Part shown: piece by piece, positions 37,601-46,124 of the stretch | How positions within the stretch are numbered: the first letter of the stretch is position 1 | Layout of the letters: every line of letters begins with the position of its first letter | Origin: Selaginella moellendorffii | Lineage: Eukaryota; Plantae; Lycopodiophyta | Length of the DNA stretch: 64,000 bases | NCBI RefSeq assembly: GCF_000143415.4 | Contig: NW_003314317.1 | Span: 664,296 to 728,295, forward strand | Reading direction: 5' to 3' | Position numbers and translations under genes: made by a program | The notes under the pieces: generated by a model | Databases searched by the model: none | The model's input: the letters and a program-made list of their open reading frames with translations, nothing else | Told to the model about the DNA's origin: nothing

Positions 37601-39376
37601 TCACAATATGGCCGGGAGTCATTTTGGTCTTGTTGAAGACTACCTCACCACGTAGAAGAGCATTAGCCACTGTCAGAAGGTCGTCGTCGTCTAGAGACCG
37701 CGAGAAACGCAAGGCGTTGAGCTTCAAATCATTGGGCTTCCGGCCGTCCTCCACACCCATTGAGTTTAGCAACTCCCCGTCATGGTACCTCCTTAGCACA
37801 TCTACCCATTTGTCAAAAACAACTTTTGTCGCGAGTAGAATGTTATGGATGCTGAGTGTGTCATTGACCCCCAGTGTTTTCGAGAGAAGACTCGAGAATT
37901 CCTGCAATGGAAATGGCGTGAGGCCACATGCTATGCCACATGCAACGAAGCTTACCTGCCAGGCGCTAGTTGCTAGTGCACGTCCTTGTCCTGGTTTTTG
38001 TGGCTTCTTCAGTTGAACCCAGAGCTTCCGTGTTCGTGCCAATGTCTCGTGCAGACCCGATTTGTAGCACGTTTCTTGCTTGACATTCTGCGCGTGGGAG
38101 ATGTATATGATAGATCGGAGGGGCGAGTTGCCTTTTATCAGGCGGACAACTCTTGTCTTGAAGACTTTCTTCACCTCCTCGCCCACCATAATATCCACAA
38201 CTATCTGTTGCATCGCCAAGCTAGAATGCTGCCCGGAGACGGCATAGAACCGGATGTTCTGATCGTCCAACACCTTCCTATTGATCAAGTCTGGAAACCT
38301 CGTCTCGCCCTTCATTGTTCGGTAGTAGGGGATCACGTCTGCGATGTCGGGTGTTACTGGACTTGCCAGCATCTTCTGCTTCAGTTTCTCCACCCACTCA
38401 TCAGATACTAGCCTGTGGTTGTATTTGCTTTGGATCTCGATACGGCTCACGTCGATTGTATATACTTTGTTGGAATAGTAACAAGTACTATTATCTGCGA
38501 CGATTTTTGCTGCCTCTTCTTGTTCTTTCTGCTCTTTGCGGCTCTTCTTTTTGGTGGGTGTAGTGTTCGAACCCGAGGCAATGGCATCACCGAGTAGCTT
38601 CTTTTTTGGAGCAGCAGAGTCGGACGTCGGCTTGAGCTTGACCACCCTTTTCTGCTTCGGGGTAGTTTCCAGATCGACCCCCTTCCCCTTCGCTTCGCAA
38701 ACTGGAGGCACTCTCAACGGCTCAATGTTGGAATATAGTTTTTGAACATCGCCGTAGGTGAGGTCCGTGGATTCCATGTGATCTTCATAGACCCGCAGCG
38801 TCTTTGAAATTGTGGGCCTCCTGGACAACCTCTCCCTAGCTCCCTCTAGGAATTCCTCATAGCCGCTGCCCCCCTCCGGGAAGCCGCTAGGATGTGCAAG
38901 GTGGATCTTGAAGGCGGACGCTGTCTCTACCACAAGTGCCAGTCCATATTCTTGCATGGAACTACATGGAGTGTCTGTCACTTGGATGAGGATCCCCATG
39001 CATTCTTTTCTCCCACCATCTGTGTTGTACAGCATCAGATCCTCGCCTTCCATCCCGAAAGTCCAACTGGTGAGCTCCTCCCCCTTCTCTGCATCCACAT
39101 TGACAGTGGCTGGAAGAAGAACGCAATTCCTCGCCTGTTCAAAAATGCACAACAATTAGAGCTGACAGATGAAAAGCTAGCAGCTGGAAATAACGTGAGG
39201 CCACACGCCATTCACCACTGCATCAGATGTCTTGAGGCTGCATCCTAAGATGGCGTGAGGCTACACGCCATCTGTAACCGGACTGCACTCGAGAGCCCAA
39301 TCGGTGCATGCCAATGTCGCTACTGAATGGCATGTGGCCTCATGCCATTTTCTACTTGGTCTAAAAGACTTACCAT
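33768..39376 (-). CDS. Predicted 11-exon transposon accessory gene (about 1637 codons): ParB/Srx-like domain + degenerate N6/N4-methyltransferase-like fold + basic/acidic linkers + FCP1/NIF-like HAD phosphatase; one in-frame TAG at 36612-36614
   Basis: GT-AG introns at 39135-39373, 37902-37955, 36543-36592, 36412-36467, 36291-36339, 36100-36146, 35476-35532, 35412-35460, 35257-35303 and 34631-34677 join the ORF-track pieces in one frame (4914 nt total). Confidence 0.72.
36612..39134 (-). CDS. N-terminal half of the accessory gene: ParB-like domain plus methyltransferase-like fold
   Basis: 847-aa ORF. ParB-like segment VYTIDVSRIEI..NHRLVSDEWVEKLKQKM...FYAVSGQHSSLAM. MTase-like segments IFCVMDF and KGKCVVEYNCGGLFFRAALLKGVPCVAV. 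Confidence 0.7.
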   Translation of the reverse strand, partial: ARNCVLLPATVNVDAEKGEELTSWTFGMEGEDLMLYNTDGGRKECMGILIQVTDTPCSSMQEYGLALVVETASAFKIHLAHPSGFPEGGSGYEEFLEGARERLSRRPTISKTLRVYEDHMESTDLTYGDVQKLYSNIEPLRVPPVCEAKGKGVDLETTPKQKRVVKLKPTSDSAAPKKKLLGDAIASGSNTTPTKKKSRKEQKEQEEAAKIVADNSTCYYSNKVYTIDVSRIEIQSKYNHRLVSDEWVEKLKQKMLASPVTPDIADVIPYYRTMKGETRFPDLINRKVLDDQNIRFYAVSGQHSSLAMQQIVVDIMVGEEVKKVFKTRVVRLIKGNSPLRSIIYISHAQNVKQETCYKSGLHETLARTRKLWVQLKKPQKPGQGRALATSAWQVSFVACGIACGLTPFPLQEFSSLLSKTLGVNDTLSIHNILLATKVVFDKWVDVLRRYHDGELLNSMGVEDGRKPNDLKLNALRFSRSLDDDDLLTVANALLRGEVVFNKTKMTPGHIVTYEDLCTTLRARALLKDWIFEQVAVARVSIDTTQEMMEELDLSNEDIDEYVKGAPKFIDLLRDATKSKAEKLDQYPNFIKRDVDRRLQKQLDPAAEAYREPYRVYVNSDEDQRWRSIVSRGDEQVKNIFCVMDFTNEEITHADEVSSIIDLMVGLAEVESSVHYMIYDSESYHKFWKALNEVKARLKGKEMREIHGIMAKKKIPTNVRIFTLALVIGPAAEWDWSDFPASFNKADRIDLREVNLPVPEELKTAMELSNPKKAPGAAWEMLSWVFNTIAGDSKGKCVVEYNCGGLFFRAALLKGVPCVAVTNSIEEVTSMEHIITVAKEK

Positions 39377-39589
39377 TTGAAGCCGAATGGAGGCCGTGAC
39401 AATCGAGGCCGGACTCGCTGGCGAATGTGCACTGTGTGTGCAGCGGATCGTAGCAGCAAGGCTACTCTGCCACTTACAGTTGGAGAGTGGTGCTGAAATC
39501 TCCCGGGACGCCAAGTGGGCTGCGTGTGGGTGGTGGAGTGGGCGGCGGAGTTGGCGGTGAAGTTACAAACTGGGTGTGTCTTGAAGTGG

Positions 39590-39760
39590 ACGCCGATGCA
39601 CACGAGCGCGATGCGAGCGCGAGTGTGATGCAAGGGCGAGTGGACGCCGATGCACACGAGAAACCTGTAGAGAAGTGAGCGTGATCGCGAGTGGGAGCGC
39701 GATGCGAGCGGGAGCGCGAGTGTGATGCGAGCGCGAGCGCGAGTGTGCGAGCGCGAGTAC
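39590..39760. repeat. CpG-rich GCGAGC/GTGTGAT low-complexity repeat upstream of the accessory gene
   Basis: Repeated gcgagcgcgagtgtgatgc units; length-variable in copy 2 (about 63570-63720). Confidence 0.7.
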
Positions 39761-40973
39761 AAAGCAAATGCAAAACCTAACCTCACACGCGCGAAATGTC
39801 ACAACGGTTGGTAATCCCGCCACGTCATCATTCCTCAGACTTGGGCGCCACCATTAATTTCTGGATTGCCGCGCGCATGCAAGCACGCAAAATCCAAAAG
39901 AAATCCACAACGTCATCATTCCTCGGACTGCATGCACGCGAAATCCAAAAGAAAGATCATGATTGGGATATCATTTAATACCCTCGCTATATTTATACCA
40001 TGCATGATTGGATATTCCAAAGCATCTTGTATTTCCAAAAATGGCAGATGTTCAGCTAAATAAAGAAATTCTATCTGTTTCTATTTTTCTCTCAAATCAA
40101 TATTATAGTGTGTGGGCTCATGCAATTTTGAACCAAAGAAACCCAAAAAACGTTGGACCCAAAATATTTTGAAAAAACCCAAAAAACCCTAAACATTTTA
40201 AACCCAAAAATCCAGGCGTCCTGTGGCGTTATTCCTTGAATGGCGTGTGGGCGCATGCCATTTTCAGGGCCAAATGCTGAATGGAGAAAAATTCCCTTTC
40301 AGTGCAAATGCTGCAAGAGGCAGATGTCGAGCACAAAGGACTGTAACTACCTCACATGACACAGATAAACTTTTCTCTATTTGGCAAAGATAAACTTTAT
40401 AGCGTGTGGGCTCATGCAATTTTGAACCCAAAAAGTGCACCAAAAAATTCTCGGCGTCATCTGGCATTATCTCTTGAATGGCGTGGGGCCGCATGCCATT
40501 TTCAGGGGCACATAGGAGTATATTCCTAGGATATTCTGACACGCGCGAGATTTTTTTTTAGTTTTCTGGAGATCCAACCGTTAGATCGCAACTAGATTTT
40601 ACAGAATGGTATACAATGTCTTTCTTGATGACCCTGCAAAGAAGCATCTCGATCGGACACCACATGAGACCACACGAGCCTTACAATGTTTCAGGGGCAT
40701 TTGCCATAGATCCGACCGTTATTTTGCTCCAAGATTTTACAGTTTGGTGTGTATTGACCTTTCCATCGAAACTGCAAAGGGACATCACAATCAGATGCGG
40801 GATCACAAGAAACTAACTTCATTAACTCTGGTTTCACCAAGATCTACGTAAGGAGTTATGAAATGAAAGGACCCTCTCTATTGAAATGTGTTTATGGTCC
40901 TAGGGGCATTGTGACATATCAAAGGATTTTGCATCAAGTTCTGTATTTGCATGTTTATCAAGTTACTGAATTG

Positions 40974-41007
40974 CTAAACCCTAAACCCTAAACCCTAAAC
41001 CCTAAAC
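40974..41007 (+). repeat. Interstitial plant telomeric repeat (CTAAACC) x about 5
   Basis: ctaaaccctaaaccctaaaccctaaaccctaaac. Confidence 0.9.
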
Positions 41008-42337
41008 ATGTGGCAAATGCTGCGTGAAGAAAGATGCCCTTTCTGGGCAAATGCTGTAAGAGGCAGATGCCGAGCAGATGTATCTCAGGCTAGCGAAGGG
41101 GACGAACGAAAGCTAGCTATAAACATGACGGGATGCAAATAGATTACTAGGCTGGTCCTACGAAAATCAAAAACCATAATTGAAAACATTGAAAATGCAA
41201 AAAGAAAGGTTTATAATATTTTTGAACTTTAGGCAACCAAAGGAATGTAAGTAGGGCATGTGTTTGTAAGTTTAAAAATGCCTCAACCACTTAAATTCCC
41301 AAGTAAATAAAGCTGTTTCTATTTTTGGTACAGGTAAACTTTATAGCGTGTGGGCTCATGCAATTTTGAACCCAAAAATGCACCAAAAAATGCTCGACTA
41401 GCATTATTCTTTGAATGGCGTGTGGCCTTATGTTGAGCATTATTCTTTGAATGGCGTGTGGCCTTATATTGCTATAAATGGACGTACACACACAGCGTAA
41501 TTATTCCTTTACACGGCGAATAATCTTGGCACGGATCGCTGACATGGCATGGCAAAGTTCGAATCACTGACATGGCACAGCTGGATCGAGGCAAGGACAT
41601 GATGTGACAAAGTTCAACCTCCGACAGCAAAGTCTAGAAGCTACTCAGTTTGAAATTTGTCAGAGGAATCATAAGATCTGGTTTGTCAGAGGATTTGATG
41701 TGACGTTCAAGCGTGTGTTATTTTTGAATTCTCGAACTCATTCCTAGGTCTATCATTTTTGTGCGCCGTGTTCTTGGTTCCGCTGAGCGCAGTGAGCACT
41801 GCTTGTGTAAGTGGCGTTGTGAGCTGTGGTTTATGCGTCTACGAGCGGTTGCGGCATTGCGAGCGCCATTGCGAGCGGCAATTTATGCGAGTGGTAGTTT
41901 GTGCGAGCGGCGCTACGAGCAGTTGCGGTGTTGCGAGCGGCACTACGAGTAGTTGCGGTGTTGTGAGCGGCACTGTCTTTGGTGTGGCTACCGCTTCCTC
42001 TTGATATTCGGCACTTGTGCTTCCTGGTATGTTCACCATGGAATGGCTTAGGACCACATTTAGAAATGGCATGAGGCCACATGCCATCTTGGGCCCTTGC
42101 AATTTCATGGCTAGCGTATTGTCATGTATGTTTTTACTTGCCTGCAGCTGTGTGTATATCAAGATGGCATGAGGGCTCATGCCAATTTTGTGAATGTGAA
42201 ATTTCACGTGGGTGTCAATAGCATGTTTGAATAATGGCATGTGGCCTCATGCTATTGAGGTTGTTTGGTATGTTATGATTTAGGCCATTCTCCAATCATT
42301 TTTTGTATGGTCTTAACTTCTTTTCTGCACTTTCAGA

Positions 42338-45190
42338 ATGGCCTTCAGGGTTGGGGAAAAGGTTTACATTTTGAATGGTGGGAAGAGAGTTGCAAAAGGG
42401 ACCCTTGTGTCTATGGATCGGAACTTTGTTATACACTGTGAAAGGCTTGGGGAAGGCAATGCTGCTGTATCAGTAGAGACTGTCTTCGATGGGAATGTGG
42501 TCGCTATTGAACGAGGAGAGATGGTCGTCGGGGTAAATGTTGTTGTTGCCTTGAAAAATCTTCAGAAGAAAGCAGATGTTGGGGACAGCGCAAGTGCGAC
42601 GCATGTTCCCTCCGTGGATCTTAAGAACCGTGCTACATGGATTCAGGCAAAAGTGTTTCTAAACAACCCCGAGGGGGAGGTGGTAGCTGAGGGCTTAGCC
42701 ACAGTTGTCGATCCAAGAGATGCGGTTGCTAATCAAGAATTGGGCTGGGATGATATTGGAGTTGCGATTTTAGAGGTTGTTGACACAGAAGAAAACAGTC
42801 TGACTATTGGAAGCATTGTGCGGTGGAAATTGAGGCACTTAGTGTTTGAGAATGTGAAGGATTCACAATCAAACACCACTACAACTGATGACAGAACATC
42901 TCTTCATGGGAAAAGAAAGTACACCTTCCTAAAGCGCAGCCAAAGGGATCTGAGCAACGAACCGAAAAGGCAGAAAATGGCGATGGAGGTTCGAATGGTC
43001 TCGACAGTTGCTTGTTGCAAGAGGAGGTGCTGTCAACATGCTGATTGGGATGCTATTGAAGAGGATAGAGCAAGATACAAGACATTGTCCTGGAAGGCAG
43101 CTCGCAATTTTGTGTATGAAGCATTACGGTCATCTGTTGATGCTTCAGAACATCAGGTGGGGGGGATGGTCTTCCAGAGGGGTTTGGTCTGCATGAAGGC
43201 ATGGAGAATCATTTATGGAGTCCCTCGAACCACATTCTACAGAATCAAAACTGAGTTCGAGGAACAAAGGGTTCAACAGGCAGTCCATGAGAACGACGGT
43301 ACGCACAAAACCAGGGGTCATGTTGTATATGGAGAGGCAATTTTCAAGAGGTTTGTCGAGACATGTAGCGAGCAGCAACCACATAAAACCCGCCTCTTGG
43401 AAGATGGAACACGAGACACCCAACGAGTTCTCCCTTCCATGTATACCAAGGGGGCCATATTGGAAGATGTGAATCGGGAACTCCAGAGTAATGGCTACAG
43501 GAAGCTGAGCCAATCTAGATTTAGTAGATTGTGGAGCAACAGGTTCAGGGATGTGAGTATAGGAAAGTACTCCAGCTTTTCAAAGTGTGACGAGTGCACT
43601 GCTATCAAAATGGCTTTGTCGAAGAATTCTTGCAGCGCTCAAGAGCGAGAGACGTTGGTTAGAAGGCGGCTCGACCACAACATCGAGCAGAGAAGCTGCA
43701 GGACTGCATATTATCATAACAGGATTCTCTCCATGGAGAGACCTGACTCTTACCTCTGCATCATCCACGACAAAATGGACCAGAAAAAGACGTGCTTACC
43801 TCGACTCAATCCTGCCCCCAAGGCAATCTCTTCATCCATGCAGCTGCCTGTGTCTCTGTTTGGCATAATCGCTCATGGGCATGGTGCCCAGAACTATGGG
43901 AACTTCTTTGTACCTCTATGGGGTGGCGGGGGTGCCAACATGATGATTGCGTCCCTAGCAAAACACTTAAGGTCTCTGCAAAGTGCGCAGACTGAGCTGA
44001 ACGGCCAACCCTTGCATAAGGCCCTTGTCGATCGAACCCCATACAGGGTTCAGCTGGAGGAGGAGCAAAGGCTTGCAGTATCGCGTGGGGCCCCATGCCA
44101 TCCCAGTGAATATGTTGGCCGTCAGATTGTAGGGTTATCACGTGAGGCCTCATGCCATTCCGACGAGGCTGGTCGCCCGGTGAATGCACAGCCTCATCCA
44201 AACGAAGCAGAATCTCAAGGAAGTTCTTGCGGCCGATGTGGCCTTCCACCCCATCTTCTGCTCCAAACAGACAATGCTGGCAGTGAGAACAAAAACATGT
44301 ACGTCTTCGCGTACTTGGCGATGCTTGTTGCCAAAGGCATATTTGAAACGGTTACACTTGGCTTTCTCATGGTTGGGCACACTCATGAAGACGTTGATGC
44401 CATGTTCAGTCACCTGGTAGAGTCCCTCCGGCGATCCAATGTCCTCACCCTCCCACAACTCTACGATGAATTCCAAAATTGCATCAAAGGCACTGTTGAA
44501 GCTGCACTTCTGACAGAGGTTCCAGACTTTAAGGGGTTTGTAAAAGGCTACATCAGGGATGGATCCGAAACGCTGATTGGCCACTCCAAGCCTCTTCAGT
44601 TTCATTTCAGCATGTGTGACGGTGCTCCAGTGATGAGGTACAAGATGAGAGAATGGGACACAGTGTGGCTGCCAGTGGACGGCATTGAACTCTTCAAGAG
44701 AGATCCCATAACTGGGGAACCTATGATTCCTCAGAGTTCCCCACGGCCGATGCACCCGGATGGACTCAAAGACCAGGAAAGTATAGTGGCCGGGATTAGA
44801 CAGCATATTGCCTTCTGGAAGAGGGGGTTGGTGTTTGGTGGAGAATCCTATTTTCAGAGGTGCAAGCCTTTGCTCGAATACTGGGAGAAGATTATATCTG
44901 CTATCCAAAATGGGCCGGTTGTATATGAAGAATTGGAAGAGTCCTTTTGGCCAGAACCCAGAGCACCAGATAGTAGCGGAACAATGTCCTCTGGAAATGC
45001 AGTGACAAATAACGATGTTGAGGATCACTATTGTGGGCCGAGGAACAAGAAGCCGGATTCAGCATTCAATCCAGTACAGGTCTGCAAAGGAATGGTCGTG
45101 CTTGTCAGACCCAGTAATAAAAAACAAATGATATGGGTGGGGCGCTGCATCACTGATGCAGAGGATAACACAAAAAACTCCATATTTTAG
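42338..45190 (+). CDS. DDE/D transposase, Sola-like, with two N-terminal Tnp1/En-Spm-like repeats
   Basis: 950-aa intact ORF. Motifs CCKRRCC, FSKCDEC, IIHDKMDQKK, LLLQTDNAGSENKN and FLMVGHTHEDVDAMFS. ATG is preceded by a 5'UTR splice acceptor (tttcag). Confidence 0.85.
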   Translation: MAFRVGEKVYILNGGKRVAKGTLVSMDRNFVIHCERLGEGNAAVSVETVFDGNVVAIERGEMVVGVNVVVALKNLQKKADVGDSASATHVPSVDLKNRATWIQAKVFLNNPEGEVVAEGLATVVDPRDAVANQELGWDDIGVAILEVVDTEENSLTIGSIVRWKLRHLVFENVKDSQSNTTTTDDRTSLHGKRKYTFLKRSQRDLSNEPKRQKMAMEVRMVSTVACCKRRCCQHADWDAIEEDRARYKTLSWKAARNFVYEALRSSVDASEHQVGGMVFQRGLVCMKAWRIIYGVPRTTFYRIKTEFEEQRVQQAVHENDGTHKTRGHVVYGEAIFKRFVETCSEQQPHKTRLLEDGTRDTQRVLPSMYTKGAILEDVNRELQSNGYRKLSQSRFSRLWSNRFRDVSIGKYSSFSKCDECTAIKMALSKNSCSAQERETLVRRRLDHNIEQRSCRTAYYHNRILSMERPDSYLCIIHDKMDQKKTCLPRLNPAPKAISSSMQLPVSLFGIIAHGHGAQNYGNFFVPLWGGGGANMMIASLAKHLRSLQSAQTELNGQPLHKALVDRTPYRVQLEEEQRLAVSRGAPCHPSEYVGRQIVGLSREASCHSDEAGRPVNAQPHPNEAESQGSSCGRCGLPPHLLLQTDNAGSENKNMYVFAYLAMLVAKGIFETVTLGFLMVGHTHEDVDAMFSHLVESLRRSNVLTLPQLYDEFQNCIKGTVEAALLTEVPDFKGFVKGYIRDGSETLIGHSKPLQFHFSMCDGAPVMRYKMREWDTVWLPVDGIELFKRDPITGEPMIPQSSPRPMHPDGLKDQESIVAGIRQHIAFWKRGLVFGGESYFQRCKPLLEYWEKIISAIQNGPVVYEELEESFWPEPRAPDSSGTMSSGNAVTNNDVEDHYCGPRNKKPDSAFNPVQVCKGMVVLVRPSNKKQMIWVGRCITDAEDNTKNSIF

Positions 45191-46100
45191 GGTGAAGAGC
45201 GTACTCATGGCAAGCACAAAATCTGTAAGTGAGGCAGAAAAGGAGACGGAGAAGGAGATAGGTGAAGATGTAGAATATATAAGTCTTCCAAACTCCCCGT
45301 ACTATACTCCAGGTGATCATTTTTCTGAACAAACGGCAACATTAACAACTATCGAGAACGCCCCAGTAACGTCAGAGACAACAATCCAAAGCAAAACAAC
45401 TGACCCGGAGAAGGATGATAGTACTGCTGAGAGTACCAAAAAGGAGGTGTCCACTAGCGCTTAGGCTTATAATGGCGTGTGCCCTCATGCCATTTACTTG
45501 ATCACCAAATACCTTTTTCCCTTTGCACTAGTATATCTTAATACCGGTCTGAGAAATAGAATGGCATGTGCTCTCAGGCCTTTTACTAAATCACCTTTGA
45601 AAGAAATGCAAGCCTCTATGTCGTAAAAAAAAGGTACTAGAGAAATTCCTTAATAATATGAATGTTATTTAGTTTCATGAAAATACACTAAGGGTCAAAT
45701 GAGTTAAATGACTTCTCCAGACTAGCAATGCCTCTTGCTACACCTTCATAATTAGATTCGTTAGAAAAAGATAACATTGAATAATATCTAAATGTTGTCA
45801 CCATTAAGTTATATGTCTGGCTAATAGGAATGATGTTCATCTTGGAAAGCTCACCACACGCTCAATGAACAAACAAATAGTGTGTGCGCGCATGCCATCG
45901 CTCTTCTTTAGCTTCAGATTCGGCTTGTTCACCTTGACAATGAGATTTATTATACAACTAGATGGACTCAGTCTGGACATAAGGTCACCGCGCTAGTCAC
46001 CATGCCCCAGATATGTCTAGCCCCTGGACAAAAAACATATAATTTCACGTCATTTTCAAATACTTGAAAATTTGTACCTAGTCCCATTTTACTGAATAAA

Positions 46101-46124
46101 TCCCACTTTAACGAAATAGAGCTT
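46101..46124 (-). repeat. Right terminal inverted repeat
   Basis: TCCCACTTTAACGAAATAGAGCTT followed by TSD ATGA. Confidence 0.95.

Larger units (their letters stand above)
33712..45898. repeat. Dispersed 22-bp palindrome ATGGCRTG-N6-CAYGCCAT, about 26 copies
   Basis: Exact copies start at 33712, 34789, 34864, 36109, 36300, 39250, 39327, 40240, 40478, 42066 and 45472. Degenerate copies at 33431, 36441, 37913, 39190, 40105, 40399, 41343, 41415, 41451, 42164, 42234, 44080, 44137, 45561 and 45877. Confidence 0.93.
33337..46124. mobile_element. 12.8-kb cut-and-paste DNA transposon (Sola-like DDE transposase) carrying a large accessory gene
   Basis: Perfect 24-bp TIR AAGCTCTATTTCGTTAAAGTGGGA (33337-33360 and 46101-46124). 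4-bp TSD ATGA (33333-33336 and 46125-46128). Empty paralogous site at about 1471-1500. Confidence 0.93.

Noticed and set aside
39320-39514. ORF-track start for the accessory gene
   Set aside because: It begins at TTG. The ATG at 39376-39374 directly before a GTAAGT donor fits better.
44150-45028. 292-aa antisense ORF and other ORFs overlapping long genes
   Set aside because: Shadow frames of real coding sequence with no recognisable motifs.
33712-45898. Palindromic repeats as a CRISPR array
   Set aside because: Spacing is irregular (tens to thousands of bp), copies sit inside introns and exons, no cas genes are present, and the context is eukaryotic.
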